Shown here: piece after piece, positions 7,942-15,809 of the stretch
Position numbering within the stretch: the stretch's first letter is position 1
Layout of the letters: every line of letters begins with the position of its first letter
Assembly: GCF_051192575.1 (NCBI RefSeq)
Contig: NZ_JBPJSQ010000002.1
Location: 68,029-92,028, forward strand
Source of the DNA: Aestuariimicrobium soli
GTDB taxonomy: Bacteria > Actinomycetota > Actinomycetes > Propionibacteriales > Propionibacteriaceae
DNA: 24,000 bases
Direction of reading: 5' to 3'
The notes under the pieces: model-generated
Database searches by the model: none
The model's input: the letters and a program-made list of their open reading frames with translations, nothing else
What the model was told of the DNA's origin: nothing
Translations under genes and position numbers: made by a program

Positions 7942-8858
7942 CCACCGTTCCCCCTCTCGCCCGCCGTTCGCTGTTCGCGCTCGCGGGGGTGGCCGCCCTG
8001 GCCGCCTGTGGCTCCCAGGACCCGCTCGGGCAAAGCTCCTCGTCCGGTTCGGGTGGTTCGGCCGCCCTCGTGATCGGGTCGCAGGACTACTACTCCAACG
8101 AGATCATCGCCGAGATCTACGCTCAGGCTCTCGAGGGCGCCGGGCGCACGGTGCGTCGCGACTTCCGCACCGGCCAGCGCGAGGCCTACGTTCCCGACAT
8201 CGAGCAGGGGCGCATCGACCTGTTCCCCGAGTACAGCGGCCCGCTGCTGCAGTACTGGGTGAAGGACACCAAGGCCCGCCTCGCCGACGACGTCTACGCG
8301 GCGCTGCAGAAGGCGACCCCCGACGGGCTGCGGGTGCTCGACCAGTCGCCGGCCACCGACCAGGACTCCTACACCGTCACCAAGGAGTTCGCCGACAAGT
8401 GGGGGCTGACCACCATTGACGACTTGGCGAAGGTGACCGACCCGATGACCATGGGAGGCAACTCCGAGGGCGAATCGCGCCCCAACGGGCCGAAGGGATT
8501 GAAGGCCACCTACGGGGTCACGGTCGGATACAAGCCGATCGAAGACAGCGGCGGCCCGCTGACCGTCAAGGCCCTCAAGGACGGCGACATCCAGCTCGCG
8601 ATCATCTACACCGCCGACCCCACGATCGCCGCCAACGGGTTGGTCTCGCTGACCGACACCAAGGGCCTGTTCCTCGCCTCACACGTCGTGCCGGTCGCCT
8701 CGAAGAACGTGGACGAGGCCGCCGCCGCGGTGATCAACAAGATCTCGGCGGCGATGACCCCCGAAGACCTGATCGGGCTCAACGGCCGCTCGGTGAAGGA
8801 GGAACTGCCCGCGGCCACCATCGCGAAGGACTGGTTGGCGAGCAAGAAGCTCAGCTGA
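7938..8858 (+). CDS. Glycine betaine/osmoprotectant ABC transporter substrate-binding lipoprotein (OpuAC/OpuCC family)
   Basis: C-terminal 306 aa of ORF 7290..8858, starting at ATG 7938 (ATGA overlap). Signal peptide plus lipobox ALAGVAALAAC-GS. Family-typical GSQDYYSNEIIAEIYAQALE and IDLFPEYSGPLLQYW. Confidence 0.85.
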   Translation: MTTVPPLARRSLFALAGVAALAACGSQDPLGQSSSSGSGGSAALVIGSQDYYSNEIIAEIYAQALEGAGRTVRRDFRTGQREAYVPDIEQGRIDLFPEYSGPLLQYWVKDTKARLADDVYAALQKATPDGLRVLDQSPATDQDSYTVTKEFADKWGLTTIDDLAKVTDPMTMGGNSEGESRPNGPKGLKATYGVTVGYKPIEDSGGPLTVKALKDGDIQLAIIYTADPTIAANGLVSLTDTKGLFLASHVVPVASKNVDEAAAAVINKISAAMTPEDLIGLNGRSVKEELPAATIAKDWLASKKLS

Positions 8859-8873
8859 GGGCTGCGGCTCAGC
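8854..8873. terminator. Short hairpin between convergent gene ends (stem gctgag/ctcagc, 8-nt loop)
   Basis: The 6-bp stem arms contain the two stop codons (TGA 8856-8858; complement of tca 8869-8871). No U-tract, so function is uncertain. Confidence 0.2.
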
Positions 8874-9435
8874 CGGGCAGCAGGTAGGCGCCCGAGGCAA
8901 CGGCGTCACGCACCACGGCCAGCGTCTGCTGCGGGGTATTCGCCGACGTGTCGATCACGCACCGCTCGAGTTGACCCAGTTCGGCGAACTGGTCCCACAT
9001 CGACAGCACGGGGTCGGCATCGGTGAGCGCGTCGGGGCCGGTGCGCTGCTGCGCGCGGCGCAGGGTCTCGTCCCGGGCTGGCCGCAGCACCACATAGTGC
9101 AGTCTCGGGCTGAGGTCTGGTGCCGGGCCCGAGGCGTCGGGTGCGCCATCGGTGAAGTGATGCAGCATCCACGGGCCGACGACGCCGTCGACCACGGTGG
9201 TGAAGCCACCCTGGGCGTAGGCCCACGCGGCTTGCCGCACGGCGACCATCACGGTCTGGTTCTGCGCATCGGACTCCGCCCGGTAGGGAGTGATGGACCC
9301 CGACACGATGAATCGCCAGAAGTCATCGGAGTGCAGGTGGACGGCCCGGGGCCGGATGGTCGACGCCAGCGCATGCGCCGCCGTCGACTTGCCCGCACCG
9401 GGGGGTCCACTGATCAGGATCACATCGGCCACCAT
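8869..9435 (-). CDS. Small P-loop NTPase / AAA-type kinase-like protein
   Basis: 188-aa ORF with Walker A ILISGPPGAGKST near the N-terminus. No further specific motif recognised. Confidence 0.7.
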   Translation of the reverse strand: MVADVILISGPPGAGKSTAAHALASTIRPRAVHLHSDDFWRFIVSGSITPYRAESDAQNQTVMVAVRQAAWAYAQGGFTTVVDGVVGPWMLHHFTDGAPDASGPAPDLSPRLHYVVLRPARDETLRRAQQRTGPDALTDADPVLSMWDQFAELGQLERCVIDTSANTPQQTLAVVRDAVASGAYLLPG

Positions 9436-9463
9436 GACCCCACGCTACTCGCCCCCAGCCGGC

Positions 9464-9479
9464 CCGAACAGGTGTTCGG
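9464..9479. promoter_or_regulatory. Perfect 7-bp inverted repeat (ccgaaca-gg-tgttcgg) in the divergent intergenic region
   Basis: Read directly from the sequence. It lies 29 nt from the P-loop gene start and 88 nt from the ATPase start. It is a candidate operator only. Confidence 0.25.
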
Positions 9480-9566
9480 TGCCCCCGCTCGCCTCGCGCG
9501 AAGCCGTCGCCGCTACGGTGAACACGAGTGCACGACCCCACGGAGCCACCGCCCTAGGAGAGCCGC

Positions 9567-12338
9567 ATGACCACGCCTGAGCTCGACCCCGTGAGCGCCA
9601 CCTCGTCCGCTGTCCTGGAGGCTTGGCACAGCGACGAGCAGCAGGGGCTCACCTCGGACGAAGCCGCCTCACGGCTGGCCAGCCACGGCCCCAACGAGCT
9701 GCGCCCCCAGGCGCAGGAGCCGTGGTGGCGCAAGCTGCTGCGACAGTTCCAGGACCCGCTGGTCTACCTGCTGTTCGTGGCGATGGCGATCTCGCTCGCG
9801 GCCTGGGCGGTCGAGGGTGCCCACGGCGTGCCCATCGACGTGGTGGTCATCCTCGCGATCCTGCTGGCCAACGCGGCCATCGGACTCAGCCAGGAGGCCA
9901 AGGCCGAGAACGCCGTCGCGGCGTTGTCGCGCATGACGCGCGCGTCGTCCACCGTGGTGCGCGACGGCAGGCAGAAGACGGTGCCCTCGGGCGAACTGGT
10001 GCCCGGTGACGTGCTGGTGCTCGCCGAGGGCGACGCCGTCGGCGCCGACGCGCGGCTGCTGAGCGCCACCGCCCTGAAGGTGCAGGAGTCGTCGCTGACC
10101 GGTGAGTCCGAGGCGGTCACGAAGCGTCCCGACCCGATCGAGGGCGAGACCGCGCTGGGCGACCGGACGAACATGGTCTTCAAGGGGACCGCCGTGGTGC
10201 AGGGCGTCGGGCGGGCCGTCGTCACCTCGACCGGCATGGGCACCCAGATGGGGACGATCGCCACGCTGCTCGACTCCACCGAGGCGCAGGAGACCCCGCT
10301 CACCCGCGAGATCGACAAGGTCTCGAAGATGCTGGGCGGTCTGGTGATCGCCATCGCGATCCTCACCATGGGCGCGCTGCTGGTCGTCAACGGCGTACAC
10401 GACCCGCAGGACCTGGTCGACACGCTGCTGATCGGCGTGTCGCTGGCGGTCGCGGCGGTGCCCGAGGGGATGCCGGCGATCCTGTCGCTGGTGCTGGCCG
10501 TCGGGGTGCAGGCCTTGTCGCGGCGCAATGCGGTGATGAAGAACCTGCACTCGGTCGAGACGCTGGGGTCGGCCAGCGTGATCTGCTCCGACAAGACCGG
10601 CACGCTGACCCGCAACGAGATGACCCTGCACACGGTGGTCACGGCCCACGGACGCACCGATCTGTCCGGCGTCGGCTACGCGCCGACCGGTGAGGTCGAC
10701 ACCACGTCGTCGGAGGTGGCTCTCGAGGGGGCGCGGCTGGCCGTCTTCGGCGGCGCCGTGGCCAACAACTCCCAGCTCGAGCAGAACTCCGACGGCGAGT
10801 GGACGATCGTCGGCGACCCCACGGAGGCGGCCTTCCTGGTGGCGTGGCCCAAGCTCGCCAACGAGAAGGACCCCGCCGCGCTCCCCCGCCTCGGCGAGGT
10901 GCCGTTCAGTTCCGACCGCAAGATGATGTCGGTCGGTGTCGAGCGTGAGGAGGGCAACCGGCTCTACAGCAAGGGTGCCCCGGACGTGCTGCTCGTCCAC
11001 TGTGACTCCGAGTGGGTCGACGGCGAGATCGTGCCCCTGGACGACGAGGGTCGCGCGCGGATCGCCGCCGTCGTCGAGGACCTGTCGGGCGAGGGCTACC
11101 GCACGTTGGGCATCGCGTTCCGCCAGATCGACGACGATGACGACGTCGTGGACGAGGACGACGAGGAGGGGCTGACCTTCGTCGGAGTGGCGGGCATCAT
11201 CGACCCGCCGCGCGAGGAGGTCTCGGCCGCCATCGCCGAGGCGCACGGCGCCGGCATCCGCACCGTGATGATCACCGGTGACCACCCGGTCACCGCAGCC
11301 CGAATCGCCTCCGACCTCGGCATCGCCGACAGCCCGCGCGCCATGACCGGCCTCGAGCTCGACGAGTTGGACGAGGAGGGCTTCCGCCGGGCGACCCGCG
11401 AGGTGAACGTGTACGCCCGGGTGGCGCCGGAGCACAAGCTCAGGATTGTGGACGCGCTGCAGGCCGACGGCCAGGTGGTGGCGATGACGGGCGACGGGGT
11501 GAATGACGCGCCGGCGCTGAAGTCGTCCGACATCGGGGTGGCCATGGGCATCACCGGCACCGAGGTGACCAAGGAGGCGGCCACGATGGTGCTGGCGGAC
11601 GACAACTACGCCACCATCGTCACGGCGGTGCGGTTGGGTCGCGGGGTGTTCGACAACATCCGCAAGTTCCTGCGCTACATGCTCAGCTCGAACATGGGCG
11701 AGGTGGTCGCCATCTTTTTCGGCGTGGTGCTGGCCGGCGTGTTCGGGCTCACCGATGGCTCGGGCGGGATCGTGCTGCCGTTGCTCGCCACGCAGATCCT
11801 CTGGGTGAACCTGGTCACCGACTCGGCGCCGGCGTTGGCGATGGGCGTGGACGAGCCCGATCCCGACGTGATGCAGCGCCGCCCGCGCAACCTGAACGAA
11901 CCCATCATCGACCGGGCCATGTGGATGCGGGTGCTGTTCATCGGCCTGGTGATGGGGTTCTCGATGCTCGTGACCATCGACATCTTCCTGCCCGGCGGAC
12001 TGGTCGAGGGCCACGACTCCCTCGAGGTGTCGCGCACCGCTGGGTTCACGACGCTGGTGGTGGCGCAGCTGTTCAATGCACTCAACTCGCGGGCGGCCGA
12101 CGCCTCGGCGTTCTCGCGGCTGTTCACCAACAGGTGGCTGTGGGGGGCGATCGCGCTGACCCTGCTGCTGCAGATCGCGGTGGTGCACGTGCCGTTCATG
12201 CAAACCGCGTTCGGCACCCGGCCGCTCGACCTGGAGCACTGGCTGATCGCCCTCGCGATGGGCTCGGTGGTGCTGTGGGCGGAGGAGCTGGTGAAGCTGG
12301 TGCGGCGGTTGGTGCACCGAGGACGAGCCGCCGCCTGA
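9567..12338 (+). CDS. Cation-transporting P-type ATPase (type II, Ca2+/Mg2+-ATPase-like)
   Basis: 923 aa. N-terminal cation-ATPase domain, TGES, phosphorylation site ICSDKTGTLT, MITGDH, hinge TGDGVNDAPALK and about 10 hydrophobic segments. AGGAGA lies 6 nt before the ATG. Confidence 0.95.
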   Translation: MTTPELDPVSATSSAVLEAWHSDEQQGLTSDEAASRLASHGPNELRPQAQEPWWRKLLRQFQDPLVYLLFVAMAISLAAWAVEGAHGVPIDVVVILAILLANAAIGLSQEAKAENAVAALSRMTRASSTVVRDGRQKTVPSGELVPGDVLVLAEGDAVGADARLLSATALKVQESSLTGESEAVTKRPDPIEGETALGDRTNMVFKGTAVVQGVGRAVVTSTGMGTQMGTIATLLDSTEAQETPLTREIDKVSKMLGGLVIAIAILTMGALLVVNGVHDPQDLVDTLLIGVSLAVAAVPEGMPAILSLVLAVGVQALSRRNAVMKNLHSVETLGSASVICSDKTGTLTRNEMTLHTVVTAHGRTDLSGVGYAPTGEVDTTSSEVALEGARLAVFGGAVANNSQLEQNSDGEWTIVGDPTEAAFLVAWPKLANEKDPAALPRLGEVPFSSDRKMMSVGVEREEGNRLYSKGAPDVLLVHCDSEWVDGEIVPLDDEGRARIAAVVEDLSGEGYRTLGIAFRQIDDDDDVVDEDDEEGLTFVGVAGIIDPPREEVSAAIAEAHGAGIRTVMITGDHPVTAARIASDLGIADSPRAMTGLELDELDEEGFRRATREVNVYARVAPEHKLRIVDALQADGQVVAMTGDGVNDAPALKSSDIGVAMGITGTEVTKEAATMVLADDNYATIVTAVRLGRGVFDNIRKFLRYMLSSNMGEVVAIFFGVVLAGVFGLTDGSGGIVLPLLATQILWVNLVTDSAPALAMGVDEPDPDVMQRRPRNLNEPIIDRAMWMRVLFIGLVMGFSMLVTIDIFLPGGLVEGHDSLEVSRTAGFTTLVVAQLFNALNSRAADASAFSRLFTNRWLWGAIALTLLLQIAVVHVPFMQTAFGTRPLDLEHWLIALAMGSVVLWAEELVKLVRRLVHRGRAAA

Positions 12339-12368
12339 GCTGGGGGTTGCCGAGCGGGGGGCTCAGGC
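12333..12368. terminator. Hairpin between convergent gene ends (stem gcctgagc/gctcaggc, 20-nt G-rich loop)
   Basis: Perfect 8-bp stem whose arms contain both stop codons (TGA 12336-12338; complement of tca 12363-12365). No U-tract. Confidence 0.2.
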
Positions 12369-13619
12369 CGGGTCGGCGGCTGCCCGCAGCTGGACGATGG
12401 CGTCGACCAGGGCGGCCGCGGTCTGCTGCTTGGTGCCGCTCGCCCGGCCGACGACGGTGCCTCCCGACCCGAGGATGACCATTGCGTTGTCGGACGATTC
12501 GAAGCCCTGATGCCAGCCGACGGCGTTGACGGCGAGCAGGTCACAACCCTTGCGCTCGAGCTTGCGGCGTCCCAGGTCGAGCAGCTGCTCCTCGCTGTCG
12601 GCGGTCTCGGCGGCGAAGCCGACGATCACCTGGGCTGCGCTCCCCTGGTCTGAGGCGCGTCGTTCGACGAGCCCGCGCAGGATGTCGGGGTTCTCGATGA
12701 GCGACAAGGTGAGCTCAGGCGTGCCGACGTCTTCCTTGCGCAGCTTGCCCTGGCCGATGTCGGCCGGGCGGTAGTCGGCGACGGCGGCGCACATCACCAG
12801 CACGTCGGAGGCGTCGGAGACCTCGCGCATGGCGGCGTCGAGCTCGGCCGCCGAACCCACGGGAACCACGGTGACCCCACTCGCGCCGTCGAGCACGGCC
12901 GCCTCAATGTTGGCGGCCACGAGCGTGACCTCGGCTCCGCGTCGGGCGGCCTCGGCAGCCACCGCCACCCCTTGGCGTCCGCTCGAACGGTTGCCGAGGT
13001 AGCGCACGGGATCGAGCGGTTCGCGGGTGCCGCCGGCGCTGACCACGACCTTGACCCCGGCCAGGTCGCCTCGTCCGTTCTCATCAGCGACGGGCTCGCC
13101 CACGAGCTCGAGGGCGCGGCGGAAGATCTCCTCGGGCTCGCTCATGCGTCCCGGCCCGGAGTCGGACCCGGTCAGTCGTCCGCTCTCGGGCCCGACCACG
13201 TGCACGCCGCGGTCGCGCAGGGTCTCGACGTTGTGCTGGGTCGCGGGGTGCTGCCACATCTCGGTGTGCATGGCGGGCGCCACCAGCACGGGCGCGCGGG
13301 TCGCGAGCAGGGTGGTGCCGAGCAGGTCGTCGGCGAGTCCGGCGGCCATCCGCGCCAGGGTGTTCGCCGTGGCCGGGGCGACGACGACCATGTCGGCCTG
13401 CTGTCCGAGGGCGACGTGGCGCACCTGGGCGACGTCGTCGTGCACGGACGTGGTGACGGGGTTGCGGCTGATGGCCTCCCAGGTCGACAGCCCCACGAAC
13501 TTGAGCGAGTCGTCGGTGGGGGCGACGTGCACCTCGTGGCCGCCCTCGACGAACAGTCGGGCGAGTGAGACCACCTTGTAGGCGGCGATGCCTCCGCAGA
13601 CTCCCAGCAGGATGTTCAC
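12363..13619 (-). CDS. coaBC: Bifunctional phosphopantothenoylcysteine decarboxylase / phosphopantothenate-cysteine ligase
   Basis: ORF 12363..13694. The N-terminal flavoprotein domain is VNILLGVCGGIAAYKV...VAPATANTLARMAAG. The C-terminal CoaB domain is VSAGGTREPLDPVRYLGNRSSGRQG. Start set to GTG 13619 (418 aa) because the longer ORF would run into the divergent NRDE gene start at 13678. Confidence 0.9.
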   Translation of the reverse strand: MNILLGVCGGIAAYKVVSLARLFVEGGHEVHVAPTDDSLKFVGLSTWEAISRNPVTTSVHDDVAQVRHVALGQQADMVVVAPATANTLARMAAGLADDLLGTTLLATRAPVLVAPAMHTEMWQHPATQHNVETLRDRGVHVVGPESGRLTGSDSGPGRMSEPEEIFRRALELVGEPVADENGRGDLAGVKVVVSAGGTREPLDPVRYLGNRSSGRQGVAVAAEAARRGAEVTLVAANIEAAVLDGASGVTVVPVGSAAELDAAMREVSDASDVLVMCAAVADYRPADIGQGKLRKEDVGTPELTLSLIENPDILRGLVERRASDQGSAAQVIVGFAAETADSEEQLLDLGRRKLERKGCDLLAVNAVGWHQGFESSDNAMVILGSGGTVVGRASGTKQQTAAALVDAIVQLRAAADPA

Positions 13620-13664
13620 CGAGCCATGGTCCCACGCTGCCCGCAGCCCTGTTCGCTGCGTGGC

Positions 13665-13670
13665 TAGCCT
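13665..13670 (+). promoter_or_regulatory. Candidate -10 hexamer (TAGCCT, TANNNT) 7 nt upstream of ATG 13678; possible leaderless transcript
   Basis: Read directly from the sequence. No SD-like purine run lies between it and the ATG. Confidence 0.2.
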
Positions 13671-13677
13671 TGCGCGC

Positions 13678-14439
13678 ATGTGCACCGTCGTCATCCACGT
13701 GCCCGAGACCGCGGACGAGGAGGTGCGCCTGCTCGCCGTCAGGGACGAGGACCCCTCCCGACTCTGGGACCCGCCCGGCTACTGGTGGCCGGAGCTCCCC
13801 GGGGTGGTCGGCGTGCGCGACCGTCTGGCCGGTGGGGCGTGGCTGGCGGCCAATCCCGGCGAGGGCAGGCTGGCGGTGGTGCTCAACCGGGCCGACGTGT
13901 TCTCGGGCGGGCTGCCGGCGGGTCCGAACGGGCTGGCCTCTCGCGGCTCACTGGTGCTGGAGGCGGCTGTCGGGTCAGCGGTGCCGGAGGTGCCGCGCAC
14001 GGCCGGGTTCAACCTCGTCGAGGTGGCCGGCGGGGTGGCCACCGTCACCAGCTGGGACGGTGCCACGCTCACCCGCACGGTGCTCGCCCCCGGTGTGCAC
14101 ATGGTGGCCCACGACGACGTGGACGACCCGCGGACCGCCCGCATCGAGGCCTGGCTGCCGGCCTTCAGGGCCGCGGCGGAGGCGGGGGGCTCGTCCGAGG
14201 TCGACTGGCGCCGTCGGTGGCTGGACGTGCTGGAGGGCACCGCGGCGCTGCCGGTGGACGACGACCGCGCCATCATTCGCGACAACCGCAGCGACGGCTA
14301 CCCGACCCTTTCGCTGCTGGTCTGCCTGGCGGAGATCCGGCCGGGGATCGCGGGTGGGGACGAGCGGGTGCGGCTCTCGTCCGCGACGTTGGACGAGCCC
14401 GCCGTCTGGGAGCACCCCGACTTTCAGACCGCCACCTGA
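13678..14439 (+). CDS. NRDE-family (TANGO2-like, DUF833) protein
   Basis: C-terminal 253 aa of ORF 13588..14439, starting at MCTVVIHVPE (the Met-Cys start typical of this family). Then LLAVRDEDPSR (NRDE-type motif), GGAWLAAN, AVVLNR and ASRGSLV. Confidence 0.8.
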   Translation: MCTVVIHVPETADEEVRLLAVRDEDPSRLWDPPGYWWPELPGVVGVRDRLAGGAWLAANPGEGRLAVVLNRADVFSGGLPAGPNGLASRGSLVLEAAVGSAVPEVPRTAGFNLVEVAGGVATVTSWDGATLTRTVLAPGVHMVAHDDVDDPRTARIEAWLPAFRAAAEAGGSSEVDWRRRWLDVLEGTAALPVDDDRAIIRDNRSDGYPTLSLLVCLAEIRPGIAGGDERVRLSSATLDEPAVWEHPDFQTAT

Positions 14440-14460
14440 GCTGCCCGCAGGGAGTTCGGT

Positions 14461-14466
14461 TAGTCT
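14461..14466 (+). promoter_or_regulatory. Candidate -10 hexamer (TAGTCT, TANNNT) 7 nt upstream of ATG 14474; possible leaderless transcript
   Basis: Same geometry as at 13665. No SD between the hexamer and the ATG. Confidence 0.2.
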
Positions 14467-14473
14467 CCAGACC

Positions 14474-15652
14474 ATGGACAACGACGTTCTGGACGGGTTG
14501 GTCACCCCGCTCGTCCCTTCCTTGGCCACGAGCCTGTCCACACAGTTCAATGTGTTCGAGGTCATGCACCACGGCACACACGAGAAGCAACTCTCGAATG
14601 TGTTTGCGTGGCTGCTGCGATCGGACGCGAGCCACGAACTCGGTGACACCTTCCAGACGATCCTGATGGGCCGGGTGAACAAGCACCTGCCCGACGACGA
14701 GCAGCTCCCCTTGAGCGGCTATCGCATCAGCCAAGAGGTCGACACCGCCAAGGGCTCCGAGAGCGGCAGGGACATCGCCGACATCCTCATGGTCTCCGAG
14801 CACGCCAAGGTGGTGGTGGAGAACTACGAGAGTTCCGACGGGCACGGGCACAGCTTCGACGGTTACCTGGAGCACGGCACAGCGGACGGAGGCCGCGGCG
14901 TCGTGGTGCTGATGTGCCGGCGACACGAGCCGCACCGTCAACGCGAAGGCTGGGAGGACGCTGCCGTCGTCACCTACGCCGATGTCCTCGGCGACCTTCG
15001 GACACACCTGAAGGGCGATCCGGCATGGGTCTCGGCTCATCCACGTCAGAGCACGTTCATCAACGAGTTGATCGATTACTTCACGGAGGTACCCGGAGCC
15101 ATGACCGATCAGGACAGAGTCGACTTCATCTCCGCCATGTGCGACGCCGGTGAATGGAACCGCTTCGCGTTGAACAAGCAGGAGCAGGTGGCGCAGGAGT
15201 TCGCGGACCTGGTTGCCGAGCACGCCAAGCGACAGTTCATCGAGGCGAAGAGCGCCCTCCAGACCATCAAGAATTCGCTACGAAGCTTCGCCCGCAGCAC
15301 CCTCATTCCACAGGTGGCGGAGGCCGTCACCATCGGGCGCATCTCCACTGCCAGTGTGGGCTTCCAAGGCCAGTGGCAATGGTGCATCTCGCTGCCTCGG
15401 GAAGACGGCCAGCCCACACTGTTCCTGGTGTTCGGGCCGACCGCCGCCGCCGAACATGGCCAGTTTGCGCGTCCTCCTGAAGATCCGGACTACAGCCGGG
15501 TGTTCGTCATGCGGTCGGCCGGACGCGACGCGCGCGACGTGATGCACCAGACCAGGGTGGGTCTGGACGAGGTCCTGGCCGGACTGGGCCCAGACGACGT
15601 CCGGCTCAGGGATGCAGTGATCGAGGTCATGCGGGCCGACAGCAGCGCCTGA
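14474..15652 (+). CDS. PD-(D/E)xK nuclease-superfamily protein (PDDEXK_4-like) with a variant E-N-Y in place of E-x-K
   Basis: C-terminal 392 aa of ORF 13565..15652, starting at ATG 14474. The N-terminal FNVFEVMHHGTHEKQLSNVFAWLLRSDASHELGDTF matches the family pattern (FN-F-E..-HE--hS--hAWLL-----H-LGD-F). The core is ISQEVD...GRDIADILMVSEHAKVVVENY, with D at 14771-14773 and 14780-14782 and ENY at 14819-14827. Confidence 0.65.
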   Translation: MDNDVLDGLVTPLVPSLATSLSTQFNVFEVMHHGTHEKQLSNVFAWLLRSDASHELGDTFQTILMGRVNKHLPDDEQLPLSGYRISQEVDTAKGSESGRDIADILMVSEHAKVVVENYESSDGHGHSFDGYLEHGTADGGRGVVVLMCRRHEPHRQREGWEDAAVVTYADVLGDLRTHLKGDPAWVSAHPRQSTFINELIDYFTEVPGAMTDQDRVDFISAMCDAGEWNRFALNKQEQVAQEFADLVAEHAKRQFIEAKSALQTIKNSLRSFARSTLIPQVAEAVTIGRISTASVGFQGQWQWCISLPREDGQPTLFLVFGPTAAAEHGQFARPPEDPDYSRVFVMRSAGRDARDVMHQTRVGLDEVLAGLGPDDVRLRDAVIEVMRADSSA

Positions 15653-15723
15653 CGACTTTGCAGGCACTCGGAGTCAGTCCGCAATTCCGGGATCGTCCCC
15701 CTCCCGCGTTCACCTCCTGAACA

Positions 15724-15757
15724 TGCCCTTGCCCCTGTTCGGTCGAGGGCAAAGGCA
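15724..15757. terminator. Hairpin in the 157-bp convergent spacer (tgcccttgccc / gggcaaaggca, 11-bp stem with one mismatch, 12-nt loop)
   Basis: Read directly from the sequence. It lies between the PD-(D/E)xK gene stop (15652) and the helicase gene stop (15810). No clear U-tract on either strand. Confidence 0.3.
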
Positions 15758-15809
15758 CGGTCAGCAGGTAAACACCCAGCGGTGTCGACCTCGACGTGTC
15801 CGCTCGCAA

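Noticed and set aside
11130-11168. Acidic run (DDDDDVVDEDDEE) inside the P-type ATPase
   Set aside because: Low-complexity surface loop in the cytoplasmic domain, in frame. It has no independent signal at the DNA level beyond gac/gag repeats.
9669-12317. 882-aa minus-strand ORF
   Set aside because: Antisense to the P-type ATPase, which has every canonical motif. The translation is low-complexity (H/R/G/D/Q-rich) with no motifs.
13620-13694. Longer coaBC start (ATG 13694 or 13679)
   Set aside because: It would overlap the divergent NRDE gene start (13678) and add a non-conserved 25-aa leader. The flavoprotein domain begins right at GTG 13619. This is not certain.
13565-14473. N-terminal 303 aa of the 695-aa plus-strand ORF
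   Set aside because: Overlaps the coaBC start and the whole NRDE gene out of frame. It has Arg/Pro/Trp-rich composition. Real protein-like sequence starts at ATG 14474.
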